Shown piece after piece: positions 10,034 through 22,076 of a stretch of DNA of 64,000 bases (positions are counted from its first letter, which is position 1; every line of letters starts with the position of its first letter). The translations under genes and the position numbers were made by a program. The notes beneath the pieces were generated by a model. It ran no database searches. It saw only the letters and a list, made by a program, of their open reading frames with translations, and was not told where the DNA came from. This DNA comes from Podarcis erhardii (lineage: Eukaryota): NCBI GenBank assembly GCA_964252035.1, contig OZ176205.1. One strand, given 5' to 3'.

Positions 10034-13000
10034 ATGCTTCTAGAATAGATCTGATTTGATATGTCTTGTTCTATTGTCAGCATCTGTTTAGCAAGGCTTT
10101 TTAATACTTTCTGGCTGCCGATCAGTCATCCCTAGCTTGGGATGCCGACTTGCATACAAATTTTATTATTAAGTACAATTCCTTCTCTCCCCACTATCCT
10201 CCCCCCCACACCACCCTCCCCTCTACCTATCCACCCATCCATCCATCAACCCCCCCAAGGCTAAGAAGAGGGACCTCCAGCTGTGGGAGCCCTGCAAGCG
10301 CAAGACATCAGCTTGGGTAACATATTTCAGAGCCCCATTTTTGCCTGTTGCAGGTGCTTTGTATCAGTAAATCGAATCATGGGGAAATCATTTATTTCCT
10401 AATGCTGTTTGTGGCATGTTAGCTGGAGAATTTACATGAGAGAGATTACTTTAATAACCAAAAAAATTACAGTGCGAGGTCTCCCCGCCCCGTCGCCTTT
10501 GATATGTAATTGTTTCAAATTTAACCTGTCTGGAGTGAGGGTGAAAGGCATTATTAAATCTGAAGCATCTTGCTCCAGGGAGGGCGGGGAGGGGGAGGAT
10601 CACCCTAGTGTGAACCTCCTTCCAGCCGTTAAATAGAAATGGAGTGAAATTAACAAATCAACCAAGCAGAGAGAAAGAAGGAATTCCTACAGCCTGGAGA
10701 AAGGCCCTTCTAATTTTAGTAATTTGTCTCTCTTTTCTCTGCTCCACATTCTCCTCCTGTGACCCAGTCCTGTGTGATACCTAATGCTCTTCATTCCTGC
10801 TAGCGTCTCTGTACATTAATTTTGTTCAAGGACTGAGATCCATACTGGACCAAGGGTCTCAGGGAAAATGTGAACTGCAGAGAAATGTAACCATTTATAT
10901 TTAGAAATGTAATTCCTTATCAGGTATCCTCTGACTAATAGGGACTGTAATCAGTGACAGAGCAACAAGGCAGTGTGTATGAATGACTGCACCCAGACAG
11001 GGTTATACCAGGAAGGTGCCTGTCACATCAGCGTCCCACAGGACGCTAACTTTGCAGCAGGATTTCTGGTCAAACAAGGTGGCAAGTGCTTGTAGAGTTT
11101 TCAACCAGTTTCTGTGTCCCATAAGCAGTAGGAGCAGGTGGTAATGTGAGACAAGTTATCCACAGCACAGCTAACTACTTTTCTGCATGGCAAGTAGGTC
11201 TCTTAATGGTTTCTCAAATCACCTGTTTTTTTAGTACTCTTTGGTTTCAGTTTCACCCCTTTACCTGCCTCTCCTGGACTGGGCTGTGGTTTCATCCAAG
11301 ATCCTGTCTTACCCAACATGGCCAGTTCAAGAAGTCATCAGGGTTGGGAATTTGCCAGGGCCCAGAACCAGTAAGGGGACAACTAACTGAAAGTGAATGC
11401 CACCACTTTGACTGTCATTTGCTACTAGGATTGACTAGGTTTGGAAGGGACACTAGAGCAAACCCTTAACTAAGTCAAGGTGTTTTTTGTGTTTTTTTAA
11501 AGAATCTGGCTGTGATTTGCCAAGTGTGTATGCCATTAGTTCTGACTAGTTTGCATGCCTTGCTTCCTTCTGCCCTTCAGGGCTGTGCTTTAGTTCTCCC
11601 CACCCCCTCAACAGCTTAATCAGGGTACCATAGAGCTCCCTTTGTGCATCCACTCTGCAATGTGGTAAAGTGCTACCCTTTGCTTCAGTCACTAGGTAAT
11701 ACCACTGCTACCCTGTCTATGAGTCTTCTTTAAGCTAGTGGGTGAGCAGCCTTTGATCTTGGGAATGGGGGGATTGCCAGCAAACTCATTCCACTTGCCG
11801 CTGGATGCCAGAGCCAGCCTAACCTCTTCTTATTCCCCGTTGGCACAAATATTTGGAGTAAGTTACCTGTCAGCCTGGCTCATGGGTCACAGGCCATAGA
11901 GTGCCTTCCAATTGTTTTGCAAAGCAGTGAAGCCACTGCTGCAATTACAGCTGGACTGCTCACAATGGCAGGTTATGAGGGGAGGATAATTGGCTTTGGA
12001 ACACCCTGTTTTGGGGCTTTCTTCTGGCCTCCATCAGTGTGGAAGAGGGGACAGCATGAGACAGGCCACATATACAGGAGCCTTGAGAGATGTGGTATTT
12101 GGGGGCAATTGTTGCTTTGCCTAGGTGAGAGAAATTGGCAGGATCTACTCTTGGGTTCCTATCAGACAAATGTAAGTTAAGAGAAAGCACTGCTGTGGGG
12201 GAATGCTCGAGGTATGTCTATCCAATCTTTGAGCAATGGAGTCTTTGGTGTAAGGAGAGTTGTGAATGGATGTGTAGTGGTTTGGGCAGGCCATTGTAAC
12301 ACGGGCATGAGAAACCTCCAGACCATCATGCCTCAGAACTAGATCATGGAGGTCTTTGCAGCCCATGCCCCAACTTAATGGTGTGCCAGCTGCCTCACTC
12401 CATGCTCTGCTTCCAGTTTGGTTGCCTCCCTCCCTCTGATCTTGCTGTCCCTCATTCTCCTCTGCAAAAATGAATGAGGAGAGCCAAAGAGAACAAGGAG
12501 AGTTATTAAAGGGTCCTTGTCCAAGTTGCCCAAGAAGTATCCAGAAGCTGGAGCCAGTCCACTTAAATGGCCATGGTTTCAAATTGCAACACTATGCATT
12601 ACTTCTGTTTATGATACTTAATGGTGTATTTTCCCATAGGGCCAGGCATGGGACATGGAAAGCTTTATTATGGGACATGCCCTAGTGGACATGGAAAGCT
12701 TTATTATGCTACAGGAATAATGTGGGTGTAAAAGGCAGATGCACTTCAGAGCTTCTGTGATACCTAGAATATGATTTTGGATACAGGAAGTCAAAGTTAT
12801 ATCCTTGCTCAGCTTCTAAGTTGACAGGGTAGCACTGGGTGTCACTGTCTCTCAGTCTAATCTGCCTCGCACGGTTTTTGTGAGAACACCATTCCTGCTC
12901 TGAAGAAAGGGTAGGATTCAAATGTAATATATAAATAATAGAGATAGAAAGTTGGGTACAGTGTGGTGGTGATGGTCTTCTGTGTGGAAAGTGAGTTCCT

Positions 13001-13136
13001 AGTTGTCTGGATCTCATCATAGAGGGCTTTACAGCACCAACCCCCCCCTCCCCAAAGGTCTGAAAAGTCTTACCTTGTAGAATTTATCTGCCCACTTTCA
13101 GTATGGTACTGATACTCTTCTTTTCTCTCTTGACAG

Positions 13137-13182
13137 TAAGAACTCTATATTGAAGGATGTCATGGCTCCAGGTACTCCCAAG
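13137..13182 (+). CDS. RNF220: RNF220 internal coding exon (46 nt): (S)KNSILKDVMAPGTPK
   Basis: Acceptor cttttctctcttgacAG and donor AAG|GTAAGT. Translation matches recalled vertebrate RNF220 KNSLLKDAMAPGTPK. Ends in phase 0, compatible with the next exon. Confidence 0.93.
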
Positions 13183-15914
13183 GTAAGTGAGCCAAATTTG
13201 GTCACATATTGTTTTCCAATATCCTCCATGCCCCTACAAACACTGTTTCTTGGTCCAATTTGATCTTCCTTTCATAATCTTCATAACAGTATGTGGTATC
13301 AAACAGTTGTCTCATCCTGTACACAGACCCTGAAGTTCCCTGGGCAGAGGACAGTCACTTAAGTCTTTATTTCTGCATCCCTCTTTATATTAGTGCCTCA
13401 ATATGTAGTGGGCATGCTTAGAACCCATTGCAAAACCATTTCAGCATTCTAAAATACTTCCAGATTTTACTAGAATTGGCCTTTGGGTCCCTGCAATTGG
13501 AGATTAAATCATCTTAACTTGTGACCTTCACACTGGGTGCTCTGGAACTAGAGACACTAGTTTGGTGAAGTGGATGTCTGCAGCAATTCTATCTTCTCTG
13601 TCTCCAACCTCCATCTGTAATGTGTTAGGGGTGGGGTGTGATTAGCTGTGTCTAAACAAATGTGTTTGTGGTGGCAAATGCAGGGTCATTGCCGAATAAT
13701 GTAGGAAGTGGCCCTTAGGACGAAGCAGAAAAACTTTGTAGGTTGTTGTGTCACCTGCTGTCATAGGCTACTAGTAATGTGTGCGCCACACCCTATACAG
13801 TGTGGTCTTAGTGCTACTCTGGCAGATCATGAGCTGCCGTTCCTGATTCAGAAACAAACATACACAGCAGAAGCAGGAATGCAAGTAAAAGGGAACACAT
13901 CAATTAAAAATCAAGAATCTTCTTATTTGCCTTTGTGCCTCACAAGGGAGTAGGAAAGAGCAGCATGAAAAGCAGCTCTTGTACTGTGCATTTTGGTTGT
14001 GCTCATTGCTGGATGGTGATAACTCGTCTGTCCCAAACACCAAGCCTGAGGAGGCGTTCAATAGGCAGATTAGTTGTTTGGAAGTAAATATAGAGAGTTG
14101 GAGACAGTCACCAGATAAGGAAGAAAAAGGCCTTTTCTCCCAGCAGGGACTGAGCCTTTGAAGCTTCAAGCAACAAAGAATCCCATTTGCTTTGAGTGAA
14201 GGGATTAAGGCAGAATAGTTGAGGGGTCCTGTGTAACCAAGATCACTTGTCTGCTATCACCACATGGCGTCCCCCTCCCTTCACTCTCCCACCATCACCT
14301 AAGAACGTTAAGAAGAGGGGGCTTTTGAATTCTTCTTACAGCCTCTTGGCCTCAGAATTGTTATTCTCAAGTGGCACTTGCTTGAAGAACAGGCCTGTGT
14401 GATGCAAAAGGTGCTGCGCTTCTCACTTAATAGCCAGACTAAGTGTAAGTCTGCCTTGGTCTTCAACAGGTGGGTCAAGATTCCCTATCAAGTCATAGGC
14501 TGATCTAAGGTGGGTTGCAACAGCAGTGCTACCACCATTTAAGTATATGGTGAAAAATAAAGAAAGATATGGTCCTTAAATATATGTTTAGGTTAAAAGT
14601 GGGTACTGGGTCTGAAAAGGATGAAGAGTAATGGTCTAGAAACACCATTCTCTGACATAGAAGTCCTTCCTCCTTAATCCCTGGTTTGCTGGGATTCTCT
14701 ATAGCTATTTAGTGGCAAGATAAATGGGTCCCACTCACATGTTCCTGGAAACAATCTTGGTATTGAAAAAAACCTGCAAATTGCCCCTGGAACAATCCAA
14801 GATGCCAAAAATTGTGCAAAGAAAATAGGCAAATTTACTTAAATTTCACATTTTATGTAGGCTTGCACATTTTGGATTTTAATTTTCAAAATGGGATCCC
14901 CCCCACCCCCACCACTAACAGTTGACTAAAATAAATGTTTGGGTGCAAGTTTTGAGACACAATAATTATTTGTTGAAGATGCAGTACGTAATGTTTGGTG
15001 GGTGCTAAATGCTTGGGTTTAAGAAATGTTAGGATTTAATTAGAATTGGTATGTTAGGACTGGTAATAGCCAGACTTGTGTGTATTTAAATTGTGGGCTA
15101 GCCACTGTTAATCCCCTGGAATTAGCATATGTGAAGGGTTAATTAACCTAGGCACACTTCCTGGGCTGTGTGTTGGACACTGTAATATTCACCCAAGCAA
15201 CAATTGTTAATGGAGTCAGTCAGGCTCCTTTGTGAGGTGATGGGCAGTTGGATAAGCAATTAGAGAGTTCAGAGCATCAGAGGATTAGGTATTAACACAA
15301 CACAGGATCAAAGGAAATAGGTGTGAGAATACAAATGTGTGGTCTCTTTCTGAGGAGAGTAAAAAAGGAAAGCTGATAAGCTCTGGTGTTATTTCCTGGG
15401 TTGTGCCCTGCAGTGCAAGAGAGGCTGCAGAGAAAAGGATGGGGCTCTGCTTACCAATGTTGTTACTATGGAATGAGCTGGCAGCTATTGGGATGCTACT
15501 ACTATGAGCCCTACCATTGACAGCTCCAGGTTGCATATATGTGTAAATAAACCATCTATCATAAAGACACTACAGCCTTTGTTGAACCTCATTCCCAAAG
15601 GAAACACTAACCCTTGATAAGCATGCCTGTAACACTGGGAATCTTGCACAGCCGATTGGAGTGGCGTGTAACAGTGCATTGAAGTTTAAAAAGAAGAGAG
15701 GGAAGGGATGGCAGGGAATTCTGATGCTGCATTATTGTTTCTGGTGGTCTGCCCGACCACTAAAGTCCTCTGAGGAGGAAGAGTTTGATGAAGCTGTTTC
15801 CAGATATCTCACAGTGGATAGATTATTTACTAAATTTTCTCTGTACTTTAAGCTAGAAAAGGTACTATGTACCTAGATTCCTCCATCAGTGTTCCTGAAT
15901 CCCTAGTAACAGCT

Positions 15915-15990
15915 TTGCCATGTACTTCTGTGATGACCTTGGGGAAATCACATAATACCTCAGGGCTTCATCTCTAAAAGTGATAGACGA
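15915..15990 (+). mobile_element. MIR/CORE-like fragment
   Basis: gatgaccttggggaaatcac...cctcagggcttcatctctaaaa is CORE-like. Confidence 0.4.
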
Positions 15991-16513
15991 TAAAAGATTA
16001 ATAATTAAATCTGCTCATTGTGGCTGTAGGGGAGAGGGAGAGACCAAAGAACTGTCCATGTATATTTGAAATATGTCAGCACTTAGGGCTGGTATTCATG
16101 TGGGAGAAAGACTGGGAAAAAGATTGGGTAGTTGTAATTAAGTTTGGAAACATATCCACTAAGGCTGTGATCCTAAGTATACTTTATTGGAAGTGAGCAT
16201 TATTGAAATCAATTAGTCTTACTTCCTAGCACATGGATTTAAGAACAGAATTCCTTCCTTCCTGTCAACCAACAAACCAAATGGATTTTCACATATTCCA
16301 CATATTTCCACAATATATTCCACATATTGAAAACTCACAGGAGACGTGGAAGACACTCTGGTGCTGGTTTTTAAAAACTAGTTTGAACATAACCATATAG
16401 AGTGTGTGACGGATGATCTGTGTGCTCTAGGCTGAAATGAGGTTTAGTTCTGACTTCTGTGTCCAAAGTTGAGTGGAAAATAGTATCAAGAAACACCTTT
16501 CTTGAGATTCAAG

Positions 16514-16627
16514 GAGGATGTCATAGCTCAGTAGTAGAACACATGTTTTGCATGTAAAATGTCCCAGGTTCAGTCTCTGGCAGGGATGGCAATGAACCAC
16601 TGGCAGTCAGACTGTAGACAATGGGCT
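16514..16627 (+). mobile_element. Internally deleted tRNA(Ala)-headed SINE (Squam2-like)
   Basis: catagctcagtagtagaacacatgttttgcatgtaaaatgtcccaggttcagtctctggca...ggcagtcagactgtagacaat. Confidence 0.75.
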
Positions 16628-16737
16628 TACCCTTACTTCCTCTTCTATCACTGTCTTTCCCCCGGGGGAGGGGGCACTTTTTAGTGTTCTAACAGAGCAA
16701 ACAGCAAGGGGGGGGGCAAACAAAAATGCCCAGGCAC

Positions 16738-17046
16738 CAGTGGCGGAGTGTAAACCAGCGCTACCTGGGATGGGTGCGTGGGGCATGCCCCCCAGGAGGG
16801 CGGTGCACAGAGGACGGCCTCCCATGTGCCAGTGTCCAGGGGATAAGAAGGACATGGAAGCTGCCACCTACTCTCCTCCTACTCTTCGCCGCTGGATCAG
16901 ACCTGACCCAGGGGCAGAGCTGTGGCCAGGCACGAGTGCAGCAGCCAAGGCGCAGCTCCTTCTCACATGGAGCCAGTCTCTAATGAAGGATCCTACAGTG
17001 GGGGTGCCCATTTGCACCCAGGCCCCCCCCCCATGCTACTCCTATG
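16738..17046. mobile_element. Non-autonomous hAT-type element, 309 bp
   Basis: Perfect 8-bp TSD ccaggcac (16730-16737 and 17047-17054). Termini CAGTGGCGGAG / CTACTCCTATG are degenerate CAGTGGCGTAGC-type TIRs. Confidence 0.75.
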
Positions 17047-20000
17047 CCAGGCACAGAACTTTGAAGTGCAGACCTATGCTTGGGAAAATTGGGGCAAATA
17101 TGTGTGCAAAAGCCCAGAGAGCAAAGTTATTGGGATTCTTTGCATGGCAACATGCTAGCATGGTCAAGTCTTTGCCTTCCCCAGCTTTCATTGAGGCATA
17201 GAGAACCGTGCACTGTTCTCTGGTGTAACTCAAACAGTGGTTCAAATTGCCAGAAGCTGAAGTTGGCTTTCCTCCTTAAGTGCTGCTGTGGCTTCCTGAA
17301 GACAAACAGACAAAGGAGCCAGTGGGAGTATGTGAGTTTACTGGGCATTGGGAAAGTATCAGAGAATAAAAGATGCTGGTGGTGTTCGCGTCTTGAGATG
17401 CTGAGACCACTGGTGCTGTTACAAAGCACAGCAAAAGCTGGTATCACTCATTGCATTCGGGTTACAGTTCCCAAGTGATAACAGCTATTAGCAACACTTT
17501 GACTGCTTCCCCACCATGCAAGGGAGGGCAGGAGACAGAAAACATGTCAAGCCATCACCTCCATGTTAAGTGATAAGTACCTATTTAGATGGCAGAGTTA
17601 AAGTCCAACGCATCAGGCAGGAAACACTTTGCGCAGGAGAGAAGGGAAAGGCCAGAGCGAGATGTAAAAAGAAGGGTTAGGGTATTTGTTGTGCTGACAG
17701 CAGCTGTGATTGATTGTTTAAGAGAAATAAACTGCCTGTGTTTTCGGGGCTATCAAAAAGCAGGAGCCCAGCACTTAATAGTCTCAAATGGGTGGCCTTG
17801 AAAGGAAACAAAGTGTCACTGCTGCCGGCTCACCGCTTCCCAGTGCTGACATCTGACCTGTCTCTGAGACAGGGAGGGGATAGTTTTAGGAGAGGCAGCA
17901 ATGAGCGTATGTTACAATCTTGATGTGTTTTCTTGGCTGTGGGCTGCTCCCAAATCATAGGTGTCCCTCGCCTTGTGCTTGCTTCCACCCGTGTCCCTGG
18001 GGCCAGCATGGCACACTCACATGTTTATGTAAGCACATACATGTATGCATCTGACATGCATGGGCACTTCTTATACACATACACACAGAGTGAGCAGTCA
18101 TTCACCTAGCCCAGGCATGGCCAGGCTTGCAGAGACTGGTTCTTTTTTTTACCAGCACTTTGAGCTCCTGCAACCAGTACCAGAGGCAAAAGGATGGCTC
18201 CAGGGAAGAAACCAGTTACCTATCTCCACTGCCCCACACCTCCCCTGGCCACTTTAGTCTTGCCTATCCAAGTACAAATATCTGAACTCTGCAGTAACTC
18301 TGGAACCCTAGCACCTCTGTTTAAGGTTTCTGCTAATGCTGATGTTAAATAACTGAGAGGCAGAACCTCCTGCTGATCTACTATGTGATCTGGCTATCTA
18401 CCAGTAGATTCTGATATACCTTCTAACATGCAGATGATAAAACAATTTCAAAACACTCACACCTGCATGAGTTTTTCTTGCCTGTGCGCATGAACACATA
18501 GGCGCTCTCGCAATCATTTGGAAATATATTCAAGAGCACCAAGATCTATCCTGTATGTGGACCTATACCTCATTTACACTACCCAAGTTTTTGGGATGGG
18601 TGAGTAGAGGTAAGGAGGGATTTTCTTGCTCTCTTGTCTCCCACAACAGGTACCAGTGGCAGAGTAGATAAAGGGAAGGGGAACTGGTAAGCAGCCATTG
18701 TCATTGTCCTCCTTCATTTGAAAGAGTCTCAACCCCATGTCTCCCTTCCTCTTTTACCTGTGGCTCCCAAAGTGGCCCATTCCTATATATTTTTCCTTGC
18801 TGAAGAGGTGCTGTAACCTCTTGAAAAAGAGCACAGATATCCCTGTTGGCAATGAGGATGTCTCATGCTGTCCCCTTCCGTTCAAGCTTAGTGACCTATT
18901 GACTCCCTCCCCATTTCCAACTCCTCCTGCAAGAGGGGCCTCCCCACCTCCATCAACAAGCATTTTGAAGCAGGTTGCATTCGCTCAAAAGTGAGATTTT
19001 CACAATCACAGTTGCAACATCCTTTATGGGCTTATTGGTTTCAGTAACCTGATAGCAGTTTATCCAGTGTTATTGTGAAACAAATTATTACAGAACAAAT
19101 TATTAGTCGAACAAACTATTTATGGCTTGCAGAGAAAGAAACCTTGGAGGTACTGTAACTGTTTCTCTGCCTTTCTAACTGGTTGAGGTGGTTACTTTGT
19201 TAACAGGAGTATTTAGGCTGACTTTTCTGGGTAGGAGCACCGCACACCATAAAACCAAAAGACTCAGGGCTCATCCCCACTTCCTCTTGTCCTGCTGCTT
19301 TCTCCTGGGGAAAACCAATCTTTAGTACTGAACTGGAGCAAATGGCAATTTGGGTTTGCTCCTATAAAACTTTAAAGAGAGGGATTTTGCAGGGAAAGCT
19401 CTGGAGCAAAAAAAGAGCGCTCGGACATAAGCTATGAGTTCTGTGTAATAACTTTGGACTGTGTGTGCACATTGCTGCTTGCTTCAGCTCCAGTGTGCTC
19501 CCACCCCTAGTGTTTGAAGGGAAAGGATTGTGGCAAGGGGAAAACTACTCAAACCCATGCCTAGAAAGTATGGCTCAAGCAGAAAACTGCTCAGATCTGT
19601 GCTTTCCAGGCACAGGACAAGCGGAAGTGTGGATGAGCCCTGAAACGGCAAATAGTACACTATCAGAAAAAAGCAGCATTAATGTCTGAAAGCCTGCATA
19701 AACACAAACGGCCAAGTTTTAACCTGATGTCTAAATAGCTTCTTAAACTTTACAATGTCAATTTATAGCACTTTTCCTGACTTTGTCAAGAGTTCACTTT
19801 GGTTGCCATTGATAATAATTTTTGCTCTTCCAATCTCAGTCTGCACAGAATTGTATGGGGGGCAGGCATTTTTACATAGGGGCAGGCATTTTTCTCTCTG
19901 TACAATTCACTCTGAGTGCAGCATCAAGCTATGTTGCTCTCAGGGGGACTTGCTGTATTGTATTCAAAGTGTGCAGTGGCGAAAAGGAAGGAGCCCCATA

Positions 20001-20568
20001 CATTACTAGCTGCTCCAGAGTGTGAGCAGCTACATTACCCAGGGCTTTTTAAAGGGCAAGGGGAAAAAATACCATACAGAAATGGTGCTGTAGTCATTGG
20101 ACGCCTCTTAAAGGGATTTACAGAATCGAGTGGATTCATGATCCGATCCTGGTTATGATCCATCCAGAAAAAACTTCTGCAGATTCCTTCCCCATCATAT
20201 ATGACAAAAAGAGTACACTAGTTTAGGATTTTCTAAAGCTGCTGTTTAAGGATACGTTAGCCTTGTGAGAAGGGATACTCTTGATTGAGAATCCACAACT
20301 TTCCTTGACAACCCAGTCCCAGTTTTTAATCACTTTCCCCTGCTGAACAAACTGCACCTTAATTTCTACTTTCAATCAGTCTGGTAGTGCTCTCTCCTTG
20401 TGCTTTCTGTCGCATATTATAACTGATATTTCTCTCTTAGCTTGTTCTTCAAAGGGGGATTTGTCAAGTTGGAAAGCATTAGAGCAGAAGCGGAGAAGAA
20501 AGACCCCGTTATTCCTATGAGCTAAGTAGGTTGTTGCTTGGAAGCTGGCAGGGGAGGGAAGCGAGGGT

Positions 20569-20777
20569 NNNNNNNNNNNNNNNNNNNNNNNNNNNNNNNN
20601 NNNNNNNNNNNNNNNNNNNNNNNNNNNNNNNNNNNNNNNNNNNNNNNNNNNNNNNNNNNNNNNNNNNNNNNNNNNNNNNNNNNNNNNNNNNNNNNNNNNN
20701 NNNNNNNNNNNNNNNNNNNNNNNNNNNNNNNNNNNNNNNNNNNNNNNNNNNNNNNNNNNNNNNNNNNNNNNNNNNNN
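20569..20777. other. Assembly gap (209 N)
   Basis: Run of N. Confidence 1.
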
Positions 20778-21940
20778 AAACACATTTTACTGCTTTTTTG
20801 TCCATGTTTAAAAAGCACCGGTGACCTTTTTTTATTTAGCGCGCCCCAGGTGTAATGCTGAGGCTGATCCTCTTAGGGTTTATAACCTCAACAGAGAGTG
20901 CCTTTACCCAACGGAGGGATGATTTAAAGGAGGGCTAGAAATATGAGGCCTCACTGGTACTCGCACAAGTCTCTTGCTCTGCCTTTCCAGAGTGAAATGG
21001 TGGCTTGCCTTGGAAATGGTATAGGGAAAGGAGCTCTCACTGAGAAAGGTTTGGTCAGGTTGTTGGTTGCTATTACAGATTAGTGCTTGGGAAGGAGGGG
21101 AAGGCTGGACTTCAGGGTGCTGGTCCTGCACAATTAGCACAATTACCAATACATCTGCATCCTCCATACTAGATTGCAGAGTAGGGTAACCAAAAAGCTC
21201 CATTGCTATTTAGAAGACAAAGCCAAGAGAAATCTAGGGTAAAATTCAACATCTTGCTATTGCAAACATTCTGTCTCCACAAGTATATCAGCTGGCCAGA
21301 GAGAACAATCCCCCCTCCCCATATGCTATTCTGGGTTCTTCTTACCCTCCCCCCAGTGGGGGAATAGTGGGAATAGTGGGAGGAAAGCCCTGTTGCAAAG
21401 GCCTTCAACTGATAGGGTTTGTTAGGTAAATCCTGCCCCCCGATATTTGGGCAATCTTCAGTGGTTCCAAGATGATTGGTGACTTGGAAGCATTTATTCT
21501 CCATGACATTTTGGTGCCATTCCACTGGTTTGGTTCAATAGACAATATTATATTCATTTAACAGCATTCTCTGCTTTTTGATTTCAACCATTTTGCTAGG
21601 AATGTCAAGTTTCTTTGAGAGGACAGGAAAGTTGACCCAGTGTTGAGAGTGTCCAGGGGGCATGAGGAGACATACTTTTTCCTTGTACATAGTAACTCCC
21701 TAGGGAACAAAGGCTGCTGGTGTATCACAGGGTCCAATCACAAGAGTTCAGGTTGCCTTTTGTGGTTTTTTGTGGAGTGGGTTGAATTGACTGGCTTATT
21801 TCTTTTTTTAAAAAAAACACCTTCATGATTATAGTGTCAATAGTTGTATAGTGTACAGTTGTCCTGTACCATTGGGTTAATTGATTTGGAGGGTTGAGGA
21901 TTTGATGAAATTCTCCAACACTTTTGTTTATTTAGAAACT

Positions 21941-22076
21941 CAGGGATGGGGAACCTGTAGCCCTCTAGATGTTTTTGGACTCCAGCTCCCAATAGCCCCA
22001 GCCAGCATGGCTAATGGTCAAGGATAATAGCTGTTTTAGTCTAGGAAAACCAGGAAGGCCTCAGGTTCATACTCTG
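21941..22076. mobile_element. hAT-type palindromic MITE
   Basis: cagggatggggaacctgtagccctctagatgtt...ctcccaatagccccagccagcatgg...gaaggcctcaggttc. Same family as 35462-35596. No TSD recognised. Confidence 0.75.

Noticed and set aside
1-13136. Upstream RNF220 exon (CKKKAAALFDSQAPICPIC...)
   Set aside because: Searched by eye and not found. It presumably lies upstream of the window.
16289-16328. Degenerate (CCACATATT)x4 minisatellite
   Set aside because: An ordinary slippage product with no further structure.
16740-17201. 153-aa ORF
   Set aside because: Mostly overlaps the GC-rich hAT element, has a GTG start and shows no transposase motifs.
20376-20855. ORFs containing long X runs
   Set aside because: Artefacts of translating through the N gap.
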